This document shows positions 1 to 15,428 of a stretch of DNA of 64,000 bases, piece by piece (the first letter of the stretch is position 1; each line of letters begins with the position of its first letter). The translations under genes and the position numbers were made by a program. The notes under the pieces are model-generated. The model made no database searches. It was not told the DNA's origin and saw only the letters and a program-made list of their open reading frames with translations. Source of the stretch: the human T2T-CHM13v2.0 reference genome, Homo sapiens; the NCBI GenBank assembly GCA_009914755.4, contig CP068257.2:11776001-11840000 (forward strand), given 5' to 3'.

Positions 1-190
1 CCTACCAATTGCTCACGTCCTAGGTTACACAGCACAGTTTCAGAGGAAGGGGGATATTAAGAGTGCAGATGGAATTAATGTTACTCATCAGCTGTCCTTG
101 AAACAAGATTATCCTGGAGTACCTGGGTGAGCCCATGTAATTACAAGGGTTCTTTAAATATGGACGAGGGAGGCAGGAAGTTAAGAACCA

Positions 191-488
191 GACAGAGTGA
201 GCACAGTGGCTCATGCTTGTAATATCAATACTTTGAAAGCCCTAGGCAGGAAAATCCCTTGAGTGCAGCAGTTCAAGGCCAGCCCTGGCAACACAGCCGG
301 GCCCCACCTCTACCGAAAAATTCAAAATTCACTGAGTGTCATGGTGCTCACCTGTAGTCACAGCTACTCGAAAGGCCGTGGTAGGATTGCTAGCTTGGGG
401 GGTTGAGGCTACAATGAGCTGTGATTGCACCACTGAACTCCATCCAGGGTGACAGAGCAAGATCCTGTTTCTGAAGAAAAAAAAAAAG
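191..488 (+). mobile_element. Alu SINE (older, diverged) with poly-A tail
   Basis: Dimeric Alu consensus (GGCT..GTGGCTCA..CCCAGCACTTTGGGAGGC..), A-rich tail at 476-488. Confidence 0.85.
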
Positions 489-735
489 GACATTGGAATC
501 AGGGCTTCCTCCATCCTAAGGTGCCTGCAAGGCATCTCTCTCTGAAAATGAGTAAACATCCTCTAATTCTCCGCAGAGTGGAGCAGCAGGAAAACGCACT
601 CACCTCATTTCTGTGCTGCTTGAGAGGCCTGGACATCCCAATAACCAGCTCATTCCTGATGAAGAAATCAGGAAATGGCTCGAGTTGAGCTACGGAGAAT
701 TTGGTTCCTTCTTTTGGTTCTCAAGAGGCAGGGTG

Positions 736-998
736 GGGGCCAGGCATAGTGGCTCATACTTGTAATTCTTGCACTTTGGGAGGCCTAGGGGAGAGGATCA
801 CGTGAGGCCAAGAGTTCAAGACCAGCCTGGGAAACATAGCAAGACCCGGGTGGCATGCACCTGTGGTCCCCACTACTTGGTAGGATGTGGTGAGAGGATT
901 GATCACTTGATCAACCCAGGAGTTTCAGGCTGCAGTGATCCATGATCACACCACTGAACTCTGGCCTGTGTGACAGAGCCAGACCATGCCTCAAAAAG
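736..998 (+). mobile_element. Alu SINE
   Basis: Alu consensus match, followed by a (GA)n run. Confidence 0.85.
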
Positions 999-1000
999 TT

Positions 1001-1026
1001 AGAGAGAGAGAGAGAGAGAGAGAGAA
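1001..1026. repeat. (GA)n microsatellite
   Basis: agagagagagagagagagagagag. Confidence 0.9.
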
Positions 1027-1032
1027 ACTATA

Positions 1033-1165
1033 GGCAGGCACCAGCACATTCAGCTAATTTTTAAATATTCTGTAGAGATGAGGTTTTGCTAGGTTGCCTA
1101 GGCTGGTCTAAAACTCCTGGCATCAACAGATCCTCCCACCTCAGCTTCCAATGCCCTGGGATTAT
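1033..1165 (-). mobile_element. Alu fragment (partial)
   Basis: Reverse-complement Alu right-arm motifs (gctaattttt..agagatgaggttt..gcctaggctggtct..cctcccacctcagc). Confidence 0.7.
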
Positions 1166-1258
1166 ATTTTTTGTTTACTATCATTGAAGACACTTGTTCT
1201 TATACTGCTTTAAGGTATAAAAGGAAAAAAAACGCAGATAATAACAAATGTTGGTGAA

Positions 1259-1553
1259 GGCCAGGCACGGGGCCTCAGCTTGTTAATTCCAGAACTTTGG
1301 GAGGCTAAGGTGGCCAGATCATTGAGGCCAGGAGTATGAGACCAGACTGGGCAATATGGTCAAACCCCATCACTACAAAAAAAATATAAAAATTAGCCAG
1401 TCATGGTGCTGTGTACCTGTAATTCCCAGCTACTCAGGAGGCTGAGATGAGAGGATCACTTGTGCCTGGGAGTTCAAGGCTGCAGTGAACTGTAATGACA
1501 TCACTGCCCTCCAGCCTGAGAGACACAGCAGGCCCCTGTCTAGAAAAAAAAAT
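1259..1553 (+). mobile_element. Alu SINE
   Basis: Full Alu consensus with A-tail. Confidence 0.9.
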
Positions 1554-1659
1554 AATGTCAGTGAAGATGCAGAGGAATTGGACCCACACACATAACTGGT
1601 GGGAACATAAATTGCCATAACTACTTTAGGAATTTCTTTTCTTATCATTTTAATTGGAT

Positions 1660-1787
1660 TTTTTTTGAAATCAAGACAGGGTCTCGCTATCTTGCCTAGG
1701 CTAGTCTTGAACTTGTGGGCTCAAGTCATCCTCCCAACTGAGCCTCCTAAGTAGCTGGGATTACAGGTGTGAACCATCACACCCAAC
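1660..1787 (-). mobile_element. Alu monomer-sized fragment
   Basis: Poly-T then reverse-complement Alu motifs (gagacagggtctcgc..ctgggattacaggtgtgaacc). Confidence 0.7.
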
Positions 1788-1799
1788 TGATCTAATCAC

Positions 1800-2400
1800 T
1801 TTAGAAAATGTCTGGCAGTTTCTCAAGAGCCTAAATGTGCAGTCATCACATAATGCAACAATTTAACTCCTAGGCATATATCCCAGAGGAAAAAAAATAT
1901 ATATGTCCATACAAAATCTTGTATAGGAACCTTCATAGCAGCATTATTCATAATGGCCAATACATGAAAACAACCCAAATGTGCACCAACTGATGAATGG
2001 ATAAAAAAAATGCAGTGTGTTTCTACCATGGAATATTATTCAGCCACAGAAGGAATGAAATACTGATACACGCTACAACATAAAGGAACTTTGAAAACAT
2101 TGTACTAAGAAGGAAAGCAAGCCAGCCACAAAAGAACACATATTGTACAATTCTATTTGTCCAGATTAGGCAAATCTACAGTGACAGAAAAATCAATCAA
2201 TGGTTGTCTGAGGCTGGGGGCAAAGGCAGGTGGGGGGAGTAGGAGGCAGTGGCTAAGGGGTGCGGATTTCTCTACAGGGTAAGGAAAGTTTCTAAGAGTG
2301 ACTGTGGTGATCAGTGCACAGCTCTGTGAATATTCTAAAACCCACTGAACTGAAGATTTCAGCAAATAAATTGAATGATATGTGAATTACATTTTAATAA
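1800..2400 (+). mobile_element. Ancient L1 (L1M-type) 3' end fragment (ORF2 C-terminus + 3' UTR)
   Basis: Matches L1 ORF2 C-terminal/3' UTR consensus (..catagcagcattattcataatggccaa..caacccaaatgtgcaccaactgatgaatggataaa..ctgaactg.. ..ttttaataaagctgtt); many stops. Confidence 0.75.
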
Positions 2401-2420
2401 AGCTGTTATTTAAAATAATA

Positions 2421-2724
<304 letters not shown>

Positions 2725-2735
2725 GGGACAGAAAA

Positions 2736-3280
<545 letters not shown>

Positions 3281-3407
3281 TCAACAACAATTGGGCAGGG
3301 GTCTCCTCATCCACAGCCACACAAACCTGATCATGTGGCTATGCAGCTGAAAGGCCTGCATAGCCTAGATGGGACTGGTCCAACTTGAGATTTCATTTTA
3401 TTTGGAT

Positions 3408-3858
3408 TTGTATTTTGAGACGGGGTTCCACTCTGTCACCCAGGCTGGAGTACAGTGGTGTAATCATAGCTCACTGCAGCCTTGACCAACTGGCCTCAAG
3501 AGATCCTTCTGCCTCAGCCTCCCTAATACCTGGGAATGCAGGCAGGTTCCACCATGCCAGGCTATTTTTTTTTTTTAATTTTTGTTGAGAAAGAAGTCTT
3601 GCTATGTTGCCCAAGCTGGCCGCAAATTCCTAGCCTCAAGAGATCTGCCCACCTCAGCCTCCAGAGTAACTGGAACCACAGGAATACACAACCATGCCTG
3701 GCTATATTTATTTTCCTAAATTTCTTTCTTCTACTTTTGTAGAGAGGAGGTCTTGCTATTATTGCCCAGGCTGCTCTCTAACTCTTGGCCTTAAAAGATA
3801 CTCCCATCTCTGCCTCTCAAACTGTTAGAACTACAGGTGTGAGCCACTGCACCTGGCC
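3408..3858 (-). mobile_element. Cluster of 2-3 minus-strand Alu fragments
   Basis: Repeated reverse-complement Alu motifs (gagacggggt..cccaggctggagt.. ..ctcagcctcc..) separated by T-runs. Confidence 0.8.
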
Positions 3859-3949
3859 TGACCTGAGATTTCATTAATCTAGCATCCTTTACTTAGTAGG
3901 ATTGGGAAAGGCAGCAGTGGTTTTTTTTAATTACTTAATAATTCAGTTT

Positions 3950-4570
3950 GAATCAAACTCAACCTTGACCCCTGCCTTCTCTCACACCCCATGTCCAGTC
4001 TGTCAGGATCCTGTTGACAGTCTTCAACATGTCTCCAGGCTCTGATCATCTCTCACCGCCACCATGACCCTGGTCAGGACCACTATCATCTCCCACCTGG
4101 ATGTGGTGACAGCTCGGCCTCCCTGCTTCTACCAAAATCTTCCTATAGTCTTTCCCAACTCAGCAGCCAGGGGTGCTTTTAAATAGGGAGACAGATGATG
4201 TCACCTGTCTGCTCAGAACCTTCCCGCAGTTCCCATCTCAGTCAGAGTAAAAGTCAAAGCCCCAGCAATAACCTCCCAGGGCTTACACAATCTGTACTGA
4301 TCTCAGCCCAGCTACTCCCTGGCCTCCTCCCCTGCTTCTCTTCCTCCCTCTCTCTGCTGCACCAGACTCCATCCTGAGCCTTAGACACACCAAGGAGTTC
4401 CCTCCTAACATCTTCACTCTGTTGCTTCTGCCTGCAATGCTCTTCCCTAAGCACCCTGGCCAGCTCCTTTCCCTCCTTGAAGCCTTTGCTCAATTTTCAC
4501 TTATGAGGACAACCCTGAACACTCTATTTAATATTGCCATCTGTCCCCACTTCCACCATGCTCACTCATT
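3950..4570 (+). mobile_element. Tentative L2 LINE 3' end fragment
   Basis: 4380-4570 resembles the remembered L2 3' consensus (..ctgcctg.aatgctcttcccc.. ..cctttgctcaa.t.tcac.t..tgag.. ..accct.tttaa.attgc.a); classification from memory only. Confidence 0.4.
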
Positions 4571-4577
4571 TGTTCTT

Positions 4578-4863
4578 TCTTTTTTTTTTTTTTTTGAGAC
4601 AAGACCTCCCTCTGTCACCCAGGCTAGAGTGCAGTGGCACAATCACAGCTCACTGCAACTTTGAACTCATATGCTCAAGCAATCCTCCTGCTTCAGTCTC
4701 CTTACTAGCTAAAACTACAGGTGTGTGCTACCAAGACTGGTTTTTTTGTAGACAGGGTCTCACTATGTTGTGCAGACTGGTTTTGAACTCCTGGGCTCAA
4801 CTCATCCTCCCACCTCAGCCTCCTAAAATGCTGGGATCACAGGTATGAGCCACTGTGCCTGGC
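4578..4863 (-). mobile_element. Alu SINE
   Basis: Poly-T then a full reverse-complement Alu ending ..gagccactgtgcctggc. Confidence 0.9.
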
Positions 4864-5223
4864 TTTGTGTTCATTTCTTCTTGCTTCTTTTACACAGTAC
4901 CCTACATTGAGTGGCTTAAAACACCACAAGTCTACTATCTGACAGTTCTGAAGCTCAGAAATCCAAAATAGGCATATCAAGGCTAAAGTCAAGGGGTCAG
5001 TAGGGCTGCATTCTCCTGGAGGGCCTAGAGAGAATGTGTTCCCTTGCCTTTTCCAGCTTCATGAAGCCACCCACATTCCTTGGCTCATGGCTCCTAACTC
5101 CGTCTTCAAAGCAAGAAGTGGAGCATCTTCAAATATGCCTCTCTCACCTCTGCTTCCATCATCACATCTCGTCCAATTCTGACTCTTCTACCTCCCTCTT
5201 GCTATTATAAAGACCCTTGTGAT

Positions 5224-5655
5224 TGCTTGGCATGGTAGCTCACACCTGTAGTCCCAACACCCTGGGATGCCAAGGTGGGAGGAATGCTTGAGGCCTGGGG
5301 TTCAAGACCAGCCTGGGCAACATAGTGAGACTCCACCTCTACAGACATAGTAGTAATAATGAATATTAGCCAGTCGTTGTGATGCACACCAGTAGTCCAA
5401 GCTACATGAGAGGCTGAGATAAAAGAATTGCTTTAGCCCAGGAGTTTGAGACCGGTCTAGGCAACATAAAAAGATGGCATTTTTATAAAAAATAAAAAAA
5501 ATTATCTGGGCGTAGGTGGCATGCACCTGTAGTCCTGGCTACTCAGGAGGCTAAGGCGGGAGGATTGCTTGAGCCCAGGTTGAGGCTGCAGTGAGCTATG
5601 ATCACATCACTGCACTCCAGCCTGGGTCACAGAGTGAGACACTGTCTCAAAAATA
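5224..5655 (+). mobile_element. Alu composite (about 1.5 Alu units)
   Basis: Alu left monomer, A-rich linker, then right-monomer sequence partly duplicated; ends ..gagacactgtctcaaaaa. Confidence 0.8.
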
Positions 5656-5946
5656 GAAAACAAAAGAAGAGAAAGACACATTTGGTCTCTGCCCCTGGTC
5701 CTGGCACAGAGCTTCTAAAGCTCTTATAAAGTCCTCAGTGATAGAGGTGATAGGAGCATCTTTTGTTTCAATATTTGGTCTTAGTCCTAGGTTTCTAGCA
5801 CAAGATCCTCTTTGGATCACCCTACCCCCTACTTCCTACCCCATCCCCTACAAAACAACCCAATTCTTCTCCTTAATGGAGCTATATTACAAAAAGTTGT
5901 ACTCATTTATATTTTGAATTTCATTCATTAAAATTTTGTGGAAATT

Positions 5947-6014
5947 TGTTTTCTCTCTTGTTATACCTACATGCCATTCTTGTTTTCTCTCTTGTTATAC
6001 CTACATGCCATTCT
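5947..6014. repeat. Perfect tandem duplication of a 34-bp unit
   Basis: ttgttttctctcttgttatacctacatgccattc occurs twice back-to-back. Confidence 0.9.
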
Positions 6015-6262
6015 TGGTTTTGTCTCTTAGTCTTTGAAGCCTAAAATATTTAGCATCTGTCCCTTTAATGTGTTGACCTTTGGACTAAAGGAACTGGGAG
6101 GACTTTGGACTGGAAGAAAGAAGACAATATGACAACCGCTCTCAAATATTTGCCGGACTCAACAGGGAGCTGGATCCATCCATCACCAGGGAATCTTTAC
6201 TACGGAACACTCTCCTACCTATGAAGAAAGAGGTAGCTCTGTCTCTACAAAAACAAACAAAC

Positions 6263-6425
6263 AAAATTAAGCCATGCAGGGTAGTGTGCGCCTGTAAGTC
6301 CAGTGACTCAGGAGGCTGAGATGGGAGGACTGTTTGAGCTCAGGAGCTTGAGATTACAGTAAGCTATGATTGTGCCACTGCACTTCCAACCTGAACAGCA
6401 CAGCAAGAGTCTGTCTCTAAAAAGA
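6263..6425 (+). mobile_element. Alu right-monomer fragment
   Basis: ..gcgcctgtaagtccagtgactcaggaggctgag.. ..gtgccactgcacttccaacctg.. after an A-rich stretch. Confidence 0.7.
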
Positions 6426-7690
<1,265 letters not shown>

Positions 7691-8591
7691 AAAAACCAAA
7701 GAGAAATGGAATGGTATATATTACCTATCAAATGCTGTGCTGGATACATTATAGCCATTATCTGATTAAGCTTCATGAAAGTCTGTGAGTCATTCAAGGC
7801 CAAGTATCTTTCTCAAAGTCTCACAGCTAGGAACGGGCAGTAAATTTTTTCACTAGACAATGGGTACTTTTCTACATAAGGGTCAAGGATCATCTGCCAG
7901 GGTTATTTAATACAAAGGAGATTTTCACATTAGAAAGCAGATTATTAATACAACCAATAATAATAGTAACATGCCTTTTGCATACATTATCTCCTTAATC
8001 CTCACAAATAGGAAAGAAAGAACCTAAGACATCAGAGAGCCACTTAGGATTAAGAATGCAAGCTGCCCCCAATATGCATCCTCTGTCCTTAAAGACCTGA
8101 GCTATGAACATGGAAAAGATTGAAAAACACTGCCTTCAGGTATGAATAAACATACATTAGATCTGAGTAAGAATGCATCACTTAGGGGGAAGGGAAGCAG
8201 ATGCTTATCTATTTTGTCTTATCTACTGATAACTAAATTCAGACATTGTAATAAAAGTAATACAAATGTTATAAATATATTTTCTCTTAATTTTTAAAGA
8301 GCAACGATTACAGTCTGAAAAACTGTCATTCAGCGACTAGTGCCATGCTGAGGCCAAATCTTTTGGTTTTCAATATCCAGCTTTATCATGTCACAATTAC
8401 CTTCAGATTCTTTTCCACTTAGATTGTAAAAATGCACATGAACTCAAAACTCTAGGTAAATCTATAAACCTATACCTATGAATCAACCTTTAATTCAATA
8501 AAAAATACACTTTCTCTACACACACTTTCTTTCCCTTTTTTATGTGCATTATCTTATTTAATCCTCAAAGCAATTCTCTGAGTTAGGAGTT

Positions 8592-8950
8592 TTTTTTTTT
8601 TAAGGGATACATGTGCAGAACATGCAGGTTTCTTACACAGGTATACACGTGCCATGGTGGTTTGCTGCACCCATCAACCTGTCATCTACATTAGGTATTT
8701 CTCCTAATGTTATCCCTCCCGTAGCCTCCCACCTCACACAGGCCCCAGTGTGTGATGTTTCCCTCCCTGTGTCCATGTGTTCTCATTGTTCAACTCCCAC
8801 CTATGTGTGAGAACATGCAGCGTTTGGTTTCCTGTTCTTGTGTTAATTTGCTGAGAATGATGGTTTCCAGCTTCATCCTGCAAAGGACATGAACTCATCA
8901 TTTTTATGGCTGCATAGTATTCCATGGTGTATATGTGCCACATTTTCTGG
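8592..8950 (-). mobile_element. L1PA-type 3' end fragment
   Basis: Reverse complement of the young primate L1 3' UTR/ORF2 end (..gggatacatgtgcagaacatgcaggtt..catgtgccatggtggtttgctgcacccat.. ..gagaatgatggtttccagcttcatc..) with poly-T at 8592-8605. Confidence 0.85.
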
Positions 8951-9954
8951 GAGTGTAAATTAGTTATTCCTCTTTTTTTAACCTTAAAATTTGAATTTAT
9001 GGAGCATTAAGTGCTTGACTGTAAAATCAAAAAGCAAAAAGAGATGTGAGGTCAAAGAAAGGAGAGACAGTGAAAAATGGGCCAGGAGTTAAAAAGTAAA
9101 ATTTTTCAGTAAAGAAGAACAGTTAAGATGGTTGTTCATGTTGTTATTGAAACAAAAGAGGTTTGGTCTAGGTCCTGCTGCTCACTGCATAGAAACCCAA
9201 TGACAAGTATTGCTAAGGAAGAAGGCTGTAACCCGGTGCTGCAGCCAAGGAGAGGGAAGCTCAGTCTCAAATCCATCTCCTTCACTGACTAAAACTAGGA
9301 GTCTATTTGGCAGGAAGAAATGCAACAATGTATAAGAAAACAGGAATTAGGGAGGAGCAAGGAAGCATCTGGGTACTGTGATATGGTGAATTGCAGATCT
9401 TTGATACTTTCTGAAGATCTTTTTTTGAGGAGGGAAGGCAGATAAGTATAGTTTCAAGCTTTAACAGCAGGGTTAAATTTCTACGTTTATCGTCTATGGG
9501 ACTACCAGGCTAGTTTCAAATTAAGCAATGATTCTATAGGTCCTTTTTGTTGTTTTAAAATCTGAAACAATTGAATGTATGTTATATGCTAGACCTAAAG
9601 AAAATCCATTTCATGTGCTAAAAACCAGAGTAGATCAAAGTAAAACCTGTTACAAATAGCCTATGAGTATCAAGTTTGGGAACACTATGAAAAATTCCAA
9701 AAAAGGTAATCAATTCATAAAACTTACAGATGAACAAATGAATATTTCAGAATTCTTATCAGTACTAAGTATGAACATGATTTTATCAATATTTTCATTA
9801 CTAATTATACAATAAGAACCTGACTTCTGACTATTCTAAGGTATAAATGTGTACTTTACCTTAAATAGGAAAATGTGTTGTATATCCATTTTGAGATTCA
9901 TTACAAGATTCACAGAAGAGAAAACTGATAGCCCTGTATCGATTAAAAGCATTT

Positions 9955-10330
9955 TTTTAAGACAGTTTTGCTCTTGTTGCCTGGGCTGGAGTGACATGAC
10001 AAGATCTTGGCTCACTGTAACCTCCGCCTCCCAGGTTCAAGTGATTCTCCTGCCTCAGTCTCCCGAGTAGCTGGGATTACAGGTGTCTGCCACCATGCTG
10101 GGTTTTTTTTGTTTTTTTGTTTTTTTTTGTTTTGTTTTGTTTTTGCATTTTTAGTAGAGACGGGGTTTCACCATGTTGGCCAGGCTGGTCTTAACTCCTG
10201 ACCTCAGATGATCCACCCCCCTCAGCCTCCCAAGAGATGGAATCTCACTATGTTGCCCAGGTTGGCCTAGAACTCCCAGGCTCAAGTGATTCTCCCACCT
10301 CAGGTTTGAGAGTGGCTGGGACAACAGGGT
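9955..10330 (-). mobile_element. Alu plus adjacent Alu fragment with T-rich expansions
   Basis: Reverse-complement Alu body with an internal (T/TG)n expansion at 10105-10145, and a second partial Alu at 10228-10330. Confidence 0.85.
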
Positions 10331-10639
10331 GCAAACCCAGATGAGGGTAATTTTTGTAACAAAGGGAGTTAGGAAACTTTCTATCAGAGAAACCTCAAGG
10401 CCCAGATGGTTTCACTGGCATATTTTACCAACTTACTAAAAAAAAGAATGTAACTAATTCCTAATGTCACAAGCAGACAATTACTGAAAACTGACTGCTA
10501 AAAACATGCAATTCACTTGGACACGGCCTAACGTGTATACACATATTCACATAATTACGGGCCAGAAGGTTTACTCAAAACACTTTCAGAGTTCTCTAGA
10601 CCTGATAAAGCTATCCTCTGAGAGAAAATAAACCTGTTA

Positions 10640-11395
10640 GGCAATTGCAAATTAAAACCACAATGAGGAACCACTGCATATCAACTTAAGAGGGTAAAAA
10701 TAAGATTGACCATACAAGTATTCACAAGAATGTCAACCAAAACTCTCATACCCTGCTGATGGAGATGTAAAATAATGCAGGTGCCTTGGAAAACAGTTTG
10801 GCATTTCCTTCAAAAGTTATAGATCCCAGCTATTCCATTCCCAGATATCTACTCAAGAGAAATGAAGGCCTATGTCCACACAAAAACTTGTACACAAACA
10901 TTCATAGCAGCTCTACCTGCAGCAGCCCCAGCCCCAAACTGGAAGAACCCAAATGGCTATCAACAAACAAAGGGATGAGCAAATTTTGACCCATGTATAC
11001 AACAGCGTATTAATCAACAACAAAACAGAATCTCCTACTGATACATGCAACATTGTGGATGAATTTCAAAACAATCATGTGAAGTAAAGAAGTCACAATA
11101 GTCCCTACCCCATGAAAATAGTCCACATTTAATCATATCATATGATATCATATATATGACTTTCTAGAAAATGCAAATTAAGCTAAAACGGAAAATCAGC
11201 ATGTTGCCTGAATACTGGGCAGGGTCATGAATTACAAGGGGACATGAGAAAACTTTTGGGGGTATGGATATTTCATTATCTCGGTTGCAATGAAGATGGT
11301 TTATTAGGTATGTACATGTCAAAACTGGATTTTATACTTCAAATGTTTAATTTATTACAATTACACATAGATAAAAAAATTAAGCTGACTATATC
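10640..11395 (+). mobile_element. Ancient L1 (L1M-type) 3' end fragment
   Basis: ..aaaccacaatgag..accactgcatatc.. ..gatggagatgtaaaataatgcaggtgccttggaaaacagtttggcatttcc.. ..attcccagatatctactcaagagaaatgaa..catagcagc.. consistent with an L1 ORF2 C-terminus/3' UTR. Confidence 0.8.
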
Positions 11396-12384
11396 TGCAT
11401 TTGCCTAATAGGTTTATTTTGCAACACTAGAAACTGGGATTGAATTCTAAATTGTGCCACAACTTGTGCTTATACTTTTACAAACATGAATGACTATTTT
11501 ACATATCCCCTGAATTGTGTGAGTTGACCTTATATCCACATTTTTAAAATGTTTTATCCCAGTGACTTATTTACAAATATAGATGTCCATCAAGAACTAA
11601 TCAATAAAATACTATTTAAGAAGTTAAAGCAACTGATAAACTTTAATTTTAACCACAAATTTTTTTTATTAAAAAATTGCATTCACCCTTATTACCTTGA
11701 ATGTGATATAATCATAATCAGGATCTTCTGATTCTTCCTTTACTGTCACAGCTGCCACTTCCAGGGAAATGACTATAAAAGCAAATGAAATTATATGATT
11801 GCATGTCAGGGCTTTCAGCTAAACTGTGTAGCGAAATCCTCTCCATGCTCCCTATAAATACAGCAATGAATACCCATTTTAAATAAAGACTTTAAAAGTC
11901 TTTGAAAGGACAAAAGTTCACCACGTGTAGCAGAGTGTAGGAATCACCTATAGTCCCAACCGAGAAAAAGTTTTAACCATTTATTAATATTCTGCAATTA
12001 TTTGCTGCCAATTTTTTTCTCCAGCAAATTCTTATCTTTAGAATTAAAGAAAATTTAGTCACAATCCATGTTCACTGAATATTAAAACTACTATTATAAA
12101 CCACTGTTATATACATCAGTTTTAATAACTCAATATTCCAGAGTAGAGATGGTATAATTTTTGGCAATTTCAATAATGAGATACATTGATTTTTTTTTCC
12201 TCCTCATAAATCTCTTCTATTAACAAGAGGACAAAGCACACCTTTCTGCATAAAGGTTTGCCCACAATTAGGACAGGTAATTTGAAGCCACCTTTGTGGC
12301 CAGATACAGAAGAGTGCATATTGGGTAATTCCTCTCATTTGAAGGTCAAAATAGGCAAATGAAATCTTTGTTATTGAATATGTA

Positions 12385-12695
12385 GGCTGGGTGTGGTGGC
12401 TCATGCCTTCAATTCTAGTACTTTGGGAGGCCAAGGCAAGCAAATCACCTGAGGTCAGGAGTTCAAGACCAGCATGGCCAACATGGTGAAACCCCGTCTC
12501 TACTAAAAATACAAAAATGTAGCTGTGTGTGGTGGTGGGCACCTGTAGTTCCAGCTACTCGGGAGGCTGAGGCAGGAGAATGGCGTGAACCCCTAAGGCA
12601 GAGCTTGCGGGTGAGCCGAGATTGTACCACTGCACTCCAGCCGGGGCGACACAGCAAGACTGTCTCAAACAACAACAACAACAACAAAAAAAAAC
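12385..12695 (+). mobile_element. Alu SINE with (AAC)n/A tail
   Basis: Full Alu consensus; tail caacaacaacaacaacaaaaaaaaa. Confidence 0.9.
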
Positions 12696-13799
12696 TGAAA
12701 ACATTAATGTAAGCGTAGTAAACTAAGGAATAAATTTTTGTGACAATTGACAGCAGATGAGAATGACTATAGTTAACAACAATGCATTGTACATTCCAAA
12801 TTAGTTAGAAGAGAGGACTTGAAATCATAAATACTCAAGGTGATGGACACCCCAACTACTCTCACTTCATCATGACACAGATGATACATATAACAAATAT
12901 CACAGTTACCCTATAAAAACCTACAAATGTATGAACTAAAAGGTTAAATCCAAAAAAAGTCTTGTAAGTTGCAGAAAAGTAGACTGTAGCAACTGTACGT
13001 ATTTTCTTCCTTTCCTGCTATGAATGTGTTTGTATGCAGATTATGTATTTGCATATATTAACTATTCCCTTCTTCTATGCGCAGTATTTTACAGAAGTTT
13101 TATTGGAGGTTTCTTTTCCATTTGTCCATTAGACTAGAGATTACTCAAATAGGTTAGGATTGAATTAAGAGTAAGTGATACGCCTCATGACTAGATAGTC
13201 AGTCTCCCAGAGATGGGTGTGGCTGTTGGAACACTACGTCTCCTCATTTTGAGCAGATGGTAAAAACTGATTTCTTTGTAGGAAGTTGCACTCTGTTGGA
13301 TGGAACAGTTGTGCTGTTGTACAGAAAGTCAAATGTGCAGGGAAGGGTGTGTATATTTCCTGAGTAGCCAGAGGGCAGCCAGGGCTAGCCATTAAAGCTG
13401 ATGTCTCTTAGTTGCAAGCCCACCCTCTGGGTTTCTGGTGAAGCTTGAGCTCTGCACAGCAACTGGCTTTGCGTGAGTCTCTACCACAAGAACACACTAT
13501 GCGGAGACAATAGGCTAGAGAAGGGGAAGGGATCTGTGCCTTCTTTTTGTCTCCTTGTCTGCACCCTAATCCCATCAAGGTCACTCCTTGGTACCGTCAT
13601 TCAGCCTGGTGAATGAAGGCCCTCCAATAACAAGATATGTGTCTGGTTGACAATGTCTCTGACACTACCGACAGCTTCACTATGCCCCAAAGCCGCCAGT
13701 GCCAACCACACAGTATCCCACCTCCAAAGTCAAAATGAGAGTGGGTGCAGTGGCAGCCATGACCTAGATTTGTTCCTTAGACACCTTAGTGTTCTAATT

Positions 13800-14040
<241 letters not shown>

Positions 14041-14469
14041 AAACAAAAAATAATAATACTTCTATGGTTTCTTGCAGCTCTCCCAAAATACATTTACATA
14101 CATAAAAGCTCATTCACATACATGCACACACACACATTATCACAGCTCTTCCCCTCTCCCCAACAATTCATTCCAGATGCCATTAGATGGTGCTAAGTGT
14201 GGCAGGTGATTGCCCCGGGAAGCACAGCAAGATGAGAAGGTTTAGGAGGAGCAAGAGAAGTTGCCAAGGGCCTGGGCAGACAGAGGCAGATGAGGGGCAG
14301 GCAAGGTGGTAACAGCCTACCAAAGAGTGTCCCATGTGAGTAAAGGACATGGGCTGAGCAGCAGGAGGCTCAATGGTGGCACTAGTACACAAGATAAATA
14401 CTGGGTAAATGATGAAATAAATCAGTAGGTTGAGAATATCTGGGTGGCATGGTTCTATGAAAGCATTGT

Positions 14470-14526
14470 AAATAGGAAAAGAAAGAAAGAAAGAAACAAA
14501 CAAACAAACAAGCAAACAAACAAACC
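14470..14526. repeat. (AAAG)n/(CAAA)n simple repeat
   Basis: gaaagaaagaaagaaacaaacaaacaaacaagcaaacaaac. Confidence 0.9.
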
Positions 14527-15304
14527 CAAGCCCTGGATGTTAAGAACAGAAGCGAAGATACAGGTACGAGCTTTTGGCCTTCAACATGTGTAAGTACACA
14601 GACAAATACAGATGTAAATGTGTGCATGCACACGATGATTTTCCTTATTGTGCTGACTGTATTGTGGTTACACAGGCCAATGTCCTTGTTTGTAAAAATT
14701 ACACGTGGAAGTAGCTGAGAGATAGGGCATTGTGCTGGCAACTTACTGTCAAATAGTACAGGAAAAAGTTTATTGCACCATCTACATGGATGCTTTCTGG
14801 AGTCTTTCTGTTAGCTTGAAATTGCTTCAAACTGTAACTGATTTTATAACAAAAATTTTAAGGAATTACAGTATTATTTATCTCTCCTACATCAAGCTTT
14901 TCTCTTGTAGTCTATCTTACAGGTACTTCCATATGAATATAAACAGATCTATTACTTTGTGTTTACTGGCAACATGGATGGAATTTCCAGAATGGAACAG
15001 TAGGTTAATTATCTTTTTTATAAGGCAGCAATGGGTTAAAGAATACATGCATCTTAAAATAATAGATATTGTCAAAGTACCATGCACAAGATAGCTACAG
15101 TTTATATGCACATAAACAATGCCTCAACCTGCCTGTTTTTCCAAACCCTTTGCTAAGACTGAGCATAAGCAAAATTTACTGTCTGCCAACCTGCTAGGTG
15201 TCAAACATTTTCATTTTTAGATTGTTATCCCCACTTCTTTAATGAGATTGAGAGTTTCTTGAGTCTCTGCTCATTTATTTTGTGGTTTGCTTCTTTTAAA
15301 ACAA

Positions 15305-15428
15305 CATATAGATGGGGTCTTCCTTTGTTGCCTAGGCTGGATTCAAACTCCTGAGTGCAAGCAATCCTCCCATCTTGGCCCTTCAATGACTGGGATTACT
15401 GGTGTAAGCCACCATGCCCAGCCTGGAT
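15305..15428 (-). mobile_element. Alu monomer fragment
   Basis: ..gatggggtcttcctttgttgcctaggctgg.. ..ctgggattactggtgtaagccaccatgcccagcctgg. Confidence 0.75.

Noticed and set aside
14183-14741. 110-aa and 119-aa minus-strand ORFs in unique sequence
   Set aside because: They have low-complexity, hydrophobic and simple-repeat-derived (..KQTNKQTNKE..) translations, no splice-site or initiation context, and no recognisable domain. This is the chance ORF frequency expected in AT-rich DNA.
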